Source of the DNA: an uncultured Actinomycetota bacterium
Lineage (GTDB): Bacteria > Actinomycetota > Actinomycetes > Propionibacteriales > Nocardioidaceae
Assembly (NCBI GenBank): GCA_963727135.1
Contig: CAVSEX010000003.1
Location: 430,349 to 494,348, forward strand
Length of the DNA stretch: 64,000 bases
Direction: 5' to 3'
The notes beneath the pieces are model-generated. The model made no database searches. It saw only the letters and a program-made list of their open reading frames with translations, and was not told where the DNA came from. Below are positions 1 to 8,978 of the stretch, piece after piece; position 1 is the first letter of the stretch; the number at the start of each line of letters is the position of its first letter. The position numbers and the translations under genes were made by a program.

Positions 1-227
1 CCTGCCTGTTCATCAGCCACGACCTCGCCGTCGTCGACTCGCTCGCCAACCGGGTGGCCGTGATGCAGAACGGCAAGCTCGTCGAGATCGGTCCTCGCGA
101 ACAGGTGCTGGGTTCGCCCCGCGAGCCGTACACGCAACGCCTCATCGCCGCCGTGCCCGTTCCCGACCCGGAGGAACAGCGCCGTCGCCGCGAGGCACGC
201 GGACATCTGCTCACCGACGTGAGTTGA
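1..227 (+). CDS. ABC transporter ATP-binding protein, C-terminal fragment (oligopeptide/dipeptide type); 5' end outside window
   Basis: Reading from base 3: CLFISHDLAVVDSLANRVAVMQNGKLVEIGPREQVLGSPREPYTQRLIAAVPVPDPEEQRRRREARGHLLTDVS, stop TGA 225-227. Resembles the H-loop to C-terminus of Opp/Dpp-type ATPases. Confidence 0.6.
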   Translation, partial: CLFISHDLAVVDSLANRVAVMQNGKLVEIGPREQVLGSPREPYTQRLIAAVPVPDPEEQRRRREARGHLLTDVS

Positions 228-269
228 TTTGCCACTTCGCGCGGCGGGGAGGATGGGACACTGTCCAGC

Positions 270-947
270 ATGGTTCGTGTGCTGGTAGTCGAGGACGAGG
301 TCGGTCTCGCCACGTCGTTGGAAGACGGTCTGCGCGATCACGGGTTCACCGTGAGCACGACGCATGACGGTTTCTCCGGGTATCGCCTGGCGAAGGAGTC
401 CGAGCTCGACCTCATCGTGCTCGACTGGATGCTGCCCGGCATGTCCGGTGTCGAGATGTGCCGGCGGCTGCGCGCGGAGGATGTCGCCGTCCCGATCCTG
501 ATCCTCACCGCCAAGGACGGCACGACCGACGAGACGGACGCCCTCGAGGCCGGCGCCGACGACTATCTGCGCAAGCCGTTCACGTTCTCGGTCCTGGTCG
601 CCCGCTGCGACGCCCTGCTGCGTCGCGGGAGCAGCGCGGACGGGTGGTCCGAACTCATCGTCGGCGACCTCGTCTTCGATCCCCGGCGCCGAGTGGCTCG
701 TCGCGGCCACGAGCAGATCGAGCTGAGCCGTCGCGAGGCGGCGCTCCTGGAGTACCTCATGCGCGCCGGCGGCGAGACGCGCTCCAAGGAGGAGATCCTG
801 CGTGACGTCTGGGGCGACCCCGACGCGCGTGACACCAACCTCGTCGAGGTGTACGTCGGCTACCTGCGCAAGAAGCTGGACACTCCGTTCGACTCGAACA
901 TGTTCACGACAGTGCGGGGCAAGGGCTACCGCCTGGAGACTTCGTGA
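270..947 (+). CDS. Response regulator, OmpR/PhoB family (receiver + winged-helix)
   Basis: MVRVLVVEDE...DLIVLDWMLPGMSG...LTAKD receiver motifs; C-terminal LVEVYVGYLRKKLD...TVRGKGYRL winged helix; GTGA overlap with the downstream kinase. Confidence 0.9.
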   Translation: MVRVLVVEDEVGLATSLEDGLRDHGFTVSTTHDGFSGYRLAKESELDLIVLDWMLPGMSGVEMCRRLRAEDVAVPILILTAKDGTTDETDALEAGADDYLRKPFTFSVLVARCDALLRRGSSADGWSELIVGDLVFDPRRRVARRGHEQIELSRREAALLEYLMRAGGETRSKEEILRDVWGDPDARDTNLVEVYVGYLRKKLDTPFDSNMFTTVRGKGYRLETS

Positions 948-2314
948 CGGACGGCGCGCCCGCGTCCCGCTGGTACCAGCGTCTCTCCCTGCGCACTCGC
1001 ATGATGCTCACGGCGGCCATCGCGGTCGCCGTCGTGCAGTCGCTCGGCGGCTACCTGGTGCTGTCGCTGCTCCGCACCGAGCTGATCGAGACGGCTCAGG
1101 ACGACGGTCGCAGTGAGGCGCGACGCATCGCCGAGCTGGCGGCGCACGGTGTCCTGCCGGACGAGCTGCCGAGGACCGGCGACCTGTCCACGGCCGTCCA
1201 GGTGATCCAGTCCGGCGTAGTGATCAGCGGAACCCCGAACGCGCTCAACCGCCGGCTCTTCGTCATGGAGGAGCTGAAGCCCGGCAAGACCCGAACAGCG
1301 GAACGGAAGTCGCTGCCGATCGACGAGAACGGCCCGTTCCGCGTCGTCGGCCTCGGCACGAGGACCCCGACCGGCACCGCAACGGTGTACGTGGCCGTTG
1401 ACGTCGAGGACATCGAGGAGTTCGTCGACCTCACCGCGGAGCTGGGCGCGATCAGCCTGGTCGGGCTGGTCCTTTCCCTGGCCGGGGTGTTCTGGGTCGT
1501 CATCGGACGCACCCTTGCGCCGGTCGCCGCGATCCAGACCCGGGCCGATGCCATCACCGGCAGTGAGCTGCACCAACGCGTGCCCGAGCCGATCGGCCGA
1601 GACGAGATCTCCGACCTCGCCCGAACCATCAACGCCATGCTCGGACGACTCGAGAGCAGCGCCAAGCGGCAGGAGGCCTTCGTCGGCGACGCGGCCCACG
1701 AACTGCGCAGCCCGATCGCCAGCCTGCAGGCGCGGTTGGAGACGGTGATCGGCACGGCAGCACCGTCCGAGCAGCCGGTGCTGCACGACCTGCTACGGGA
1801 GACGACGCGCATGGGCAGGCTGGTCGAGCACCTGCTCCTGCTGGCCCGCACCGACGCCGGGACCATCAGCGCCGACCGCGTCCCGGTCGACCTGGACGAC
1901 CTCATCCGAGAGGCGGCGACCTCGTTCGAGTCGGAGGCAGTCTCGATCGACATCAGCGACGTCGAGCCCGTCCAGGTACTGGGTCAACCGGCTCTGCTCG
2001 AGCAGGTCGTGTCCAACCTGCTGGACAACGCCGGGCGATACGCGGAGTCGAGGATCGACGTCTCCTTGCACGCCAATGGAAGTCGCGCGGTCCTGGCTGT
2101 GGACGACAACGGACCTGGCATCCCGGCAGAGCTCCGTACGGACGTGCTCGAGCGGTTCGTCCGGGTCGACGAGTCGCGCGAGCGAGGCACCGGTGGCGCC
2201 GGCCTGGGCCTGGCCATCGTCTCGGAGATCGTCCGGATCCACGATGGCGAGGTCGAGGTCAACGAGTCCCCGACCGGCGGCGCCCGGGTTCGCGTCCTGC
2301 TGCCCCTCACCTGA
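944..2314 (+). CDS. Sensor histidine kinase (TM-HAMP-HisKA-HATPase)
   Basis: H-box FVGDAAHELRSPIASL, N-box SNLLDNAGRYA, G-boxes DDNGPGIP and GGAGLGLAIV; two hydrophobic segments near the N-terminus; translationally coupled to the regulator. Confidence 0.9.
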   Translation: MTDGAPASRWYQRLSLRTRMMLTAAIAVAVVQSLGGYLVLSLLRTELIETAQDDGRSEARRIAELAAHGVLPDELPRTGDLSTAVQVIQSGVVISGTPNALNRRLFVMEELKPGKTRTAERKSLPIDENGPFRVVGLGTRTPTGTATVYVAVDVEDIEEFVDLTAELGAISLVGLVLSLAGVFWVVIGRTLAPVAAIQTRADAITGSELHQRVPEPIGRDEISDLARTINAMLGRLESSAKRQEAFVGDAAHELRSPIASLQARLETVIGTAAPSEQPVLHDLLRETTRMGRLVEHLLLLARTDAGTISADRVPVDLDDLIREAATSFESEAVSIDISDVEPVQVLGQPALLEQVVSNLLDNAGRYAESRIDVSLHANGSRAVLAVDDNGPGIPAELRTDVLERFVRVDESRERGTGGAGLGLAIVSEIVRIHDGEVEVNESPTGGARVRVLLPLT

Positions 2315-2353
2315 AGGAAACGCGGCCACGGAGCCTTCTGACACCATGGCACC

Positions 2354-3217
2354 GTGAGCACGATCGACGCAGTTCGCGGCCGCATGGGCGCGGTGATCTT
2401 CGCGCGCATCGCCGGCGACGAGGGACCGAAGCGTCGCGAACGCATCCTCCACGCCGAGGGGCCGCGCCGGTTCACCCACGCGGACGCCATCTGCGCCGTG
2501 CACGGCGACGCGTCGATGTTCGTCGGCGGCATCCGCGCGCTCCTGTTGCAGTCGTTGCACCCGTTGGCGATGGCCGCCGTCGACCAGCACTCCGGCTACC
2601 GAGGCGACCCGTGGGGACGCCTGCAGCGCACCAGCACGTTCCTCGCCGAGACGACGTTCGGCACGATCGAGGACGCCGACCGCGCCGTCCGGATCGTGCG
2701 AGCCGTTCACGCCCGCATCGCCGGCATCGCGCCCGACGGACGTCCATACGCCGCATCGGACCCGCACCTGCTGCGCTGGGTGCACGTGGCCGAGATCGAC
2801 AGCTTCCTGCGCGCCCACGACCGCTACGGCGCCACGACGCTCGACGCCGCGGGTCGGGACGAGTACGTCGCCCAGTCAGCCGTCGTGGCCCGTGCCCTGG
2901 GAGCCACCGATGTGCCCGAGACCGCCGCCGAGCTCGACGCGGTGATGGCCGACTACCGGCCGGAGCTGGCCTCGACCGACGCCGCACGCCAGGCGGCGCG
3001 CTTCATCCTCGTGCACCCACCCGTGCCGCTCGCGCTGCGCCTCCCCTATTCGATGCTGTCGGCCGCTGCCGTCGGGCTCATGCCCCGCTGGTCCCGCACG
3101 GAACTGCGTCTGCCCTATCTCCCGGTCACCGAGGCCACTGCCGTCAGGGCGAGCGGCATGGCCATCACCGCGGCCATCCGCTGGGCCATGCGTCCGGACT
3201 CCCGCGCAGGTCACTGA
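2354..3217 (+). CDS. MpaB/DUF2236-family oxygenase-like protein
   Basis: 287-aa ORF; LLQSLHPLAMAAVDQHSGYRGDPWGRLQRTSTFL...RVHARIAG...DPHLLRWVH pattern typical of DUF2236 proteins (recognised from memory). Confidence 0.6.
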   Translation: MSTIDAVRGRMGAVIFARIAGDEGPKRRERILHAEGPRRFTHADAICAVHGDASMFVGGIRALLLQSLHPLAMAAVDQHSGYRGDPWGRLQRTSTFLAETTFGTIEDADRAVRIVRAVHARIAGIAPDGRPYAASDPHLLRWVHVAEIDSFLRAHDRYGATTLDAAGRDEYVAQSAVVARALGATDVPETAAELDAVMADYRPELASTDAARQAARFILVHPPVPLALRLPYSMLSAAAVGLMPRWSRTELRLPYLPVTEATAVRASGMAITAAIRWAMRPDSRAGH

Positions 3218-3291
3218 CCCTCTTGCGCGACACGTTCGCGATGTATGGCGAAATATCAGGAATCCGCTAGATAGCCCCATACGCTGCGATC

Positions 3292-4482
3292 GTGGACCCG
3301 ATTCGCAATCCCTACGCCCCCGGCGCCGGTCAGCGTCCCCCAGAGCTGGCCGGCCGCGATGAGCAGTTGCGCGCCTTCGAGGTCGTCCTCGAACGCGTTG
3401 CCAAGCGACGGCCGGAGCGGTCGCTGATCCTCACCGGTCTGCGCGGCGTCGGCAAGACGGTGCTCCTCAATGCACTGCGCTCTTCGGCGGTACGCGCCGG
3501 CTGGGGCACCGGCAAGCTCGAGGCGCGCCCCGAGCAACGACTGCGTCGGCCGCTCAGCTCCGCGCTGCACACCGCCGTCCGCGAGCTCAGCCATCCGCAA
3601 GCCGACGACGTGACCCACGTGCTCGGCGTCATCAAGTCGTTCGCCCAGCGCGACGCCGGCCCCGACGCAAAACTGCGGGACCGGTGGAACCCGGGCATCG
3701 ACGCACCCGCCGTGCGCGGGCGAGCCGACTCAGGCGACATCGAGATCGATCTGGTCGAGCTGCTCAGCGATGTCGGTGGACTGGCCTCCGACGTCGGCAA
3801 GGGCGTGGCGATCTTCGTCGATGAGATGCAGGACCTCGGCCCCGACGACGTCTCAGCCTTGTGTGCGGCCTGCCACGAGATCGGCCAGGCGTCCCTGCCG
3901 GTCATCGTCGTCGGAGCCGGGCTGCCCCACCTGCCGTCGGTGCTGTCGGCCAGCAAGTCCTACAGCGAACGGCTCTTCCACTACCAACGCATCGACCGCC
4001 TCGACCGCACCGCCGCCGACCGCGCCCTCAGCGCGCCGGCCACGGAGGAGGGTGCCGAGTTCACCCCGGACGCCCTGGAGGCGATGTTCGAGGCCACCGG
4101 CGGCTACCCGTACTTCATCCAGGCCTACGGCAAGGAGGTGTGGGAGCTCGCGCCGCGCAGCCCGGTGACGGCCGACGACGTCGCCGTCGCGGCCCCCGCC
4201 GCCCAGAACGAGCTTGCGGTCGGCTTCTTCGGCTCCCGCTACGACCGGGCCACCCCGGGCGAGCGCGAGTACCTGCGGGCCATGGCGGATGCAGCCGAGC
4301 AGCACCCCGATGCCGATTCCGTGCCGACATCAGCCGTGGCGGACCTGCTCGGCCGCAAGCCGCAGTCGCTCTCACCGGCTCGCGACACGTTGATGAAGAA
4401 GGGCCTCATCTACTCCGGCGAGCGTGGCCGCATCGCCTTCACGGTCCCTCATTTCGGCCGCTACCTGCGCGAACAGGCCTGA
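3292..4482 (+). CDS. AAA/Orc1-like ATP-binding protein
   Basis: GTG start; Walker A LTGLRGVGKTVLLN, Walker B VAIFVDEMQDL; C-terminal part looks like a winged-helix (LLGRKPQSLSPARDTLMKKGLIY). Confidence 0.7.
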   Translation: MDPIRNPYAPGAGQRPPELAGRDEQLRAFEVVLERVAKRRPERSLILTGLRGVGKTVLLNALRSSAVRAGWGTGKLEARPEQRLRRPLSSALHTAVRELSHPQADDVTHVLGVIKSFAQRDAGPDAKLRDRWNPGIDAPAVRGRADSGDIEIDLVELLSDVGGLASDVGKGVAIFVDEMQDLGPDDVSALCAACHEIGQASLPVIVVGAGLPHLPSVLSASKSYSERLFHYQRIDRLDRTAADRALSAPATEEGAEFTPDALEAMFEATGGYPYFIQAYGKEVWELAPRSPVTADDVAVAAPAAQNELAVGFFGSRYDRATPGEREYLRAMADAAEQHPDADSVPTSAVADLLGRKPQSLSPARDTLMKKGLIYSGERGRIAFTVPHFGRYLREQA

Positions 4483-4538
4483 CTCCGGGCCGGACGGTGG
4501 CGACCACTGCTGCGCCGTTCCGTGACTACAGTGGCCGC

Positions 4539-6236
4539 ATGCAGACCCCCGAGAGCACAGCGCTGCTCGAACGGATCCGGGCGGCGGTCATCGGCGACGA
4601 CCAGGTGATGCCCGGACCCTACGGGCCGCGTCGCATCACGTATGCCGACTACACGGCCTCGGGTCGCAGCCTCGGGTTCATCGAGGATTTCATCCGACAC
4701 GAGGTCCTGCCTCGCTACGCCAACACCCACACCGAGGCGAGTGGCACCGGACTGCAGACCACCCGGCTGCGCGAGGACGCCCGCAACCTGATCCGCGACC
4801 ATGTCGGCGGCGACGAGTCCACCGCCGTCATCTTCACCGGTTCCGGCAGCACCGCCGCGATCGACAAGCTGATCGGCATCCTCGGGCTGCGGATCCCGGC
4901 ACAGCTGGACGACCGCCACGACCTGATGTCGCTGATCCCGCCGGCCGAACGGCCCGTCGTCTTCACCGGGCCGTTCGAGCACCATTCCAACGAGCTGCCC
5001 TGGCGAGAGTCGATCGCCGACGTCGTCACGATCCCCGAGGACGCGGACGGCCACATCGACCAGGACCGGCTCGCCGTCGAGCTCGAGAACTACGCCGCTC
5101 GCCCGCTCAAGATCGGGTCGTTCTCGGCCGCCAGCAACGTCACCGGCATCGTGTCCGACACGTTCGGCATCGCGGCCCTCCTGCATCGCCATGGTGCCCT
5201 GTCGTTCTGGGACTTCGCGGCCTGCGCACCGTACGTGAACATCAACATGCTGGCGCCGCCGGATGTCGACCCCCTGGCGTACAAGGACGCGATCTTCCTG
5301 TCGCCCCACAAGTTCATCGGCGGCCCCGGCACGCCAGGCGTCCTCGTCGTGCGTCGCGAGCTCGCCACCAACCGCGTGCCGGACGTGCCCGGCGGCGGCA
5401 CCGTCATGTATGTCAACCCCACCGAGCACCGGTACCTGACCGATGCCGAGCACCGCGAGGAGGGCGGCACCCCTGGCATCGTCGAGTCGATCCGGGCCGG
5501 GTTGGTCTTCCAGCTCAAGGACGCGGTGGGCGTCGAGACCATCGAGGCGCACGAGAGCGACCTGCTCCGTCGGGCCGTGGCGGTGTGGCAGGACGAGCCG
5601 ACGATCGAGATCCTCGGCAATCGGAGTGCCCGGCGCCTCTCGATCGTGTCGTTCGTGATCCGTGCGCCCAGCGGCGACTATCTGCACCACAACTTCGTGG
5701 TCGCCCTGCTCAACGACCTCTTCGGCATCCAGACGCGAGGCGGCTGTTCCTGTGCAGGACCGTACGGCCATCGGCTGCTCGGCATCGACCTCGACCGCAG
5801 CCACGAGTTCGAGCGGCAGATCTCGACCGGGTGCGAGGGCATCAAGCCGGGCTGGGTCCGGGTGAACTTCAACTACTTCATCGACGACGAGGTGTTCGAG
5901 TACATCGTCGAGGCGGTCCGTCTCGTGGCCCGGGAGGGCTGGCGACTGCTCGGCGACTACCGCTTCGAGCCGTCCACCGGTCTGTGGCGTCACCGTGATG
6001 GCGCCGCCGAGCCGCCGATGCGGCTCCATGACGTCTCGTACGACGGCACTGGCGCCATGACTTACCCCCACCACGACACCACCGCCCCGGTGTCGATGCT
6101 CGCCGATCACATGGCGGAGGCTCGCCAGATCATGACGGACGCCGTCCCGCCCGACTGCTCCAAGATCGCCCACCTCACCGACGACTTCGACCACCTCCGC
6201 TGGTTCGAGCTCCCGGCCGGCACCCTCGCCGAGTGA
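4539..6236 (+). CDS. Aminotransferase class V-fold PLP-dependent enzyme (cysteine-desulfurase-like, long form)
   Basis: Internal ATG 4539 of track ORF 3861..6236 (in frame). MQTPESTALLERIRAAVIGDD..., ANTHTEASGTG, FSAASNVTG, LSPHKFIGGPGTPGVL (PLP-Lys region). The upstream 226 codons overlap the ATPase gene and are Arg/Pro junk. Confidence 0.8.
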   Translation: MQTPESTALLERIRAAVIGDDQVMPGPYGPRRITYADYTASGRSLGFIEDFIRHEVLPRYANTHTEASGTGLQTTRLREDARNLIRDHVGGDESTAVIFTGSGSTAAIDKLIGILGLRIPAQLDDRHDLMSLIPPAERPVVFTGPFEHHSNELPWRESIADVVTIPEDADGHIDQDRLAVELENYAARPLKIGSFSAASNVTGIVSDTFGIAALLHRHGALSFWDFAACAPYVNINMLAPPDVDPLAYKDAIFLSPHKFIGGPGTPGVLVVRRELATNRVPDVPGGGTVMYVNPTEHRYLTDAEHREEGGTPGIVESIRAGLVFQLKDAVGVETIEAHESDLLRRAVAVWQDEPTIEILGNRSARRLSIVSFVIRAPSGDYLHHNFVVALLNDLFGIQTRGGCSCAGPYGHRLLGIDLDRSHEFERQISTGCEGIKPGWVRVNFNYFIDDEVFEYIVEAVRLVAREGWRLLGDYRFEPSTGLWRHRDGAAEPPMRLHDVSYDGTGAMTYPHHDTTAPVSMLADHMAEARQIMTDAVPPDCSKIAHLTDDFDHLRWFELPAGTLAE

Positions 6237-6285
6237 AGCGATCGGCCGGTATCTTCAGGACCACGCATCGCGATCGGGGGCACGC

Positions 6286-7161
6286 ATGACCACCAACCAC
6301 ACGCTCGACGTACCCGGAGCCACGCTGGCCTATGACGTCCATGGGCCATGGCCACCCGAGGGTGGGCGACCTGCGCTGGTGATGATCGGCCAGCCGATGG
6401 ACGCCGGCGGATTCCTCACGCTCGTGTCGCACTTCCCTGACCGCACGGTCATCACGTACGACCCCCGCGGCCTCGGCCGCAGCGCGCGGAGCGACGGCCG
6501 CACCGACAACAACCCCGAGGTGCAGGCCGAGGACGTCCATGCCCTCATCACCGAGCTGAACGCCGGTCCGGTGGAGCTGTTCGCGAGCAGCGGCGGCGCG
6601 GTGACCGCACTCGCCCTCGTCGCCGCCCATCCCGACGACGTCACCCTCCTGGTGGCGCACGAGCCGCCGCTGATCGACGTGCTACCCGACGCCGAGCGGG
6701 CACGTGCTGCCCAGCGTGCCTTCCAGTCCGTCTACAGCGAGAAGGGCTCGGGAGCCGGCATGGCCGCCTTCATCGCCATGTCGTCGTGGCAGGGAGAGTT
6801 CACCGACGAGTACGCCGCCCAGCCGCCACCGGATCCGGCCCAGTTCGGCATGCCGGCCGACGACGACGGGTCGCGTGGCGACCCCCTCCTGTCCGACGTG
6901 TCGAACGCCATCACCGACCACCACCCCGACATCGACGCACTGAACGCCGCACCTACGCGGGTGGTGATCGCGGTCGGAACCGAGTCGATGGGCACCTTCA
7001 CCGGACGCACCTCCATAGCCACTGCCGAGGCTCTCGGCCAGGAAGCCACCGTCTTTCCCAGCCACCACGGCGGCTTCATGGGAGGCGAGTTCGGCTACGC
7101 CGGCCAGCCGGAGGCGTTCGCGGCACGGCTGCGCGAGGTCCTCGACCAGCCGCCGGCATGA
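6286..7161 (+). CDS. Alpha/beta hydrolase
   Basis: 291-aa ORF; nucleophile-elbow-like FASSGGA; YDPRGLGRS motif; typical length. Confidence 0.75.
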   Translation: MTTNHTLDVPGATLAYDVHGPWPPEGGRPALVMIGQPMDAGGFLTLVSHFPDRTVITYDPRGLGRSARSDGRTDNNPEVQAEDVHALITELNAGPVELFASSGGAVTALALVAAHPDDVTLLVAHEPPLIDVLPDAERARAAQRAFQSVYSEKGSGAGMAAFIAMSSWQGEFTDEYAAQPPPDPAQFGMPADDDGSRGDPLLSDVSNAITDHHPDIDALNAAPTRVVIAVGTESMGTFTGRTSIATAEALGQEATVFPSHHGGFMGGEFGYAGQPEAFAARLREVLDQPPA

Positions 7162-7234
7162 CGCTCGACATGACACTGTCGGTGATCTGGGTGAGGATCG
7201 AAGACAGACATCGACGCACCAGGGAGTGGTCCTC

Positions 7235-7540
7235 GTGAAGAAGTTGTTGCTGATCGGCGCCGCCGCTGCCGGCTACGTGCTCGGGACGAAGGCCGGGCGT
7301 GAGCGATACGAGCAGATCAAACGCCAATCGTCGAAGCTGTGGAACTCCGAGCCCGTCCAGCACGGCGTGCACGAGGCCGAGGGTGTGGCCAAGCACGCCG
7401 CCTCGGCCGCCGGCACGAAAGTGGCCGACGCCGCCTCGACCGCGGGCTCGAGAGTGGCCGCCAAGGTCAGGGGCGACGAATCCTCGGAGCCGGCCCCAGC
7501 ACCCGAGCCGGTCACCGCGAACGACGTCCCGAGGTCGTGA
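7235..7540 (+). CDS. Small N-terminally anchored protein (YtxH-like), function unknown
   Basis: VKKLLLIGAAAAGYVLGTKAGRERYEQIK...; GGGAG about 8 nt upstream of GTG 7235 (track ORF starts at 7226). Confidence 0.5.
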   Translation: MKKLLLIGAAAAGYVLGTKAGRERYEQIKRQSSKLWNSEPVQHGVHEAEGVAKHAASAAGTKVADAASTAGSRVAAKVRGDESSEPAPAPEPVTANDVPRS

Positions 7541-7556
7541 GCCGGGTCGATTGAGC

Positions 7557-7907
7557 ATGGCCGCCGGGCTCGAGGATGTGCGGCGCATCGCCCTCGCGCT
7601 GCCTCGCGCCTACGAGGCGATGGTGCGCGACCACGTCAAGTTCCGCGTCGGCAGCATCGTGTTCGCATCGGTCTCGCCCGATGAGTCGTTGCTCGGCTTC
7701 GGCTTCCCGCGGGAGGAGCGCGACGCCCTCGTCGCCGCCAACCCCACGACGTTCCTCATGCCCCGCGACTCTGACCTCCGCTACCAATGGGTGCAACTGC
7801 GCCTGGCCGAGATCGACGTGGACGAGCTCGAGGAGCTGCTCGTCGACGCCTGGCGGATGTGCGTCCCGAAGAAGGTTTCAGCGGCCTACGACGAGCGTGC
7901 TCACTGA
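7557..7907 (+). CDS. MmcQ/YjbR family DNA-binding protein
   Basis: ATG 7557, in frame inside track ORF 7299..7907. MAAGLEDVRRIALALPRAYEAMVRDHVKFRVGSIVFA... matches the YjbR-family N-terminus. Confidence 0.7.
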   Translation: MAAGLEDVRRIALALPRAYEAMVRDHVKFRVGSIVFASVSPDESLLGFGFPREERDALVAANPTTFLMPRDSDLRYQWVQLRLAEIDVDELEELLVDAWRMCVPKKVSAAYDERAH

Positions 7908-7908
7908 G

Positions 7909-7984
7909 TGGTGGAGCTGAGGGGACTCGAACCCCTAACCCCCTGCTTGCAAAGCAGGTGCGCTACCAATTGCGCCACAGCCCC
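7909..7984 (-). tRNA. tRNA-Ala (anticodon TGC), CCA encoded
   Basis: Reverse complement GGGGCTGTGGCGCAATTGGTAGCGCACCTGCTTTGCAAGCAGGGGGTTAGGGGTTCGAGTCCCCTCAGCTCCACCA. Cloverleaf folds by eye; anticodon loop TT-TGC-AA; G3:U70 Ala identity pair present. Confidence 0.92.
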
Positions 7985-8000
7985 GGGTGTCGCCAGCGGG

Positions 8001-8126
8001 TCAGACCCGGTCGGATGCCTGGGCCCACGGGTCGGCCGGCGCGGCCGACTTCTGGGCCGACTTCGACCGTCCGACCAGCCACGCGAGACCGGCTGCAGCC
8101 GACACGAGTACGAGGATCTTCTTCAT
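8001..8126 (-). CDS. Small membrane-anchored protein (DLW-39-like), 41 aa
   Basis: ATG 8126 preceded by GGAGG with 5-nt spacer. MKKILVLVSAAAGLAWLVGRSKSAQKSAAPADPWAQASDRV. The longer track ORF 8001..8234 would run through the tRNA-Ile gene. Confidence 0.6.
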   Translation of the reverse strand: MKKILVLVSAAAGLAWLVGRSKSAQKSAAPADPWAQASDRV

Positions 8127-8155
8127 GGAGGCCTCCGCAACCTTGGGTGGTGAAG

Positions 8156-8230
8156 TGGGCCTAAGAGGACTTGAACCTCTGACCTCTTCCTTATCAGGGA
8201 AGCGCTCTAACCAAGCTGAGCTATAGGCCC
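8156..8230 (-). tRNA. tRNA-Ile (anticodon GAT), CCA not encoded
   Basis: Reverse complement GGGCCTATAGCTCAGCTTGGTTAGAGCGCTTCCCTGATAAGGAAGAGGTCAGAGGTTCAAGTCCTCTTAGGCCCA. Perfect 7-bp acceptor stem; anticodon loop CT-GAT-AA. Confidence 0.92.
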
Positions 8231-8289
8231 GCAACAGCGCGCAACGTTACCGTACGGCGCGCGCTCAAAACGAATCGGGCGGAGGGCCC

Positions 8290-8978
8290 TCAGTCGTCAC
8301 TGAACGTGACCTCGAGGCCACCGAGCAGTTGGGCCGCGAGGTTGTACAGATGCGCCCCGATCGTGGCCAACGCGGTCATCAGGACGACGTTGATTGCTGA
8401 CAACACCAGGGTGAGTCCGAACAGCCGTCCGAAGCCCAGGTAGTCCTTGATGTCGAAGCTCCCGCTGTCATCGCTGAGCACCGACGTGACGCTGTCATTG
8501 ATCTGTCCCCAGACCCCAGTGACGTTGAGAACGATCCAGAAGATCGAGACCGCGACGACCGCGACGATCATCATCGCCACGGACACCACGAAGGCCAGGC
8601 GAGTGACCGACCACGGCTCGACATGAACCAGACGAAGGCTCGCCCGGCGGCCGGCCTGAGGCGCGGGCGCCGCCGGCGGTCGTGCCGGCTTGGCGCTCTT
8701 CGCGGCCGGCTTCGCGGCCTGTGGGCCGCCCTTGACCGCCGGGATGACGGCCGTGGTGGCCGGGGATCCGGTGGGGGACGGCGGTTGGGGGTGACCGACG
8801 GCGCGGCCGCCCTGGCGGCTTCGACCGGGTCGACGACGTGCGGCTTGCCCTTCGGTGGGCCGCCCGGGTTGGTGGCCTTCTTCGGCTGGACCGCCTTCTT
8901 CATGGGCTGAGCCTTGGGCCGCGGCTGGCTGGGCACGGCACGAGACTGCGGGAGTCCCTGGTCGTCCGACTTGCTCAC
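8290..8978 (-). pseudogene. DUF3566 domain membrane protein with an apparent -1 frame break (5' part 8978..~8790 in one frame, conserved domain ~8790..8290 in another)
   Basis: C-terminal RRASLRLVHVEPWSVTRLAFVVSVAMMIVAVV...LEVTFSDD is the DUF3566 domain that follows gyrA in actinobacteria. That frame has no ATG/GTG/TTG between the gyrA stop and the first TM helix. A GTG at 8978 (4-nt overlap with the gyrA stop) opens a high-GC3 Lys/Pro-rich leader in the other frame. Confidence 0.6.

Noticed and set aside
3861-4538. 226-codon N-terminal extension of the class-V aminotransferase ORF, overlapping the ATPase gene
   Set aside because: The extension is Arg/Pro/Gly-rich junk in an alternative frame of the well-supported ATPase CDS. 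The conserved PLP-enzyme sequence begins at ATG 4539.
8231-8289. Palindromic GC-rich segment (AGCGCGC...GCGCGCT) between the DUF3566 stop and tRNA-Ile, considered as a terminator
   Set aside because: On the transcribed (minus) strand the stem is not followed by a U-tract, and the inner loop is large and irregular. It could equally be a tRNA-processing context. Insufficient support.
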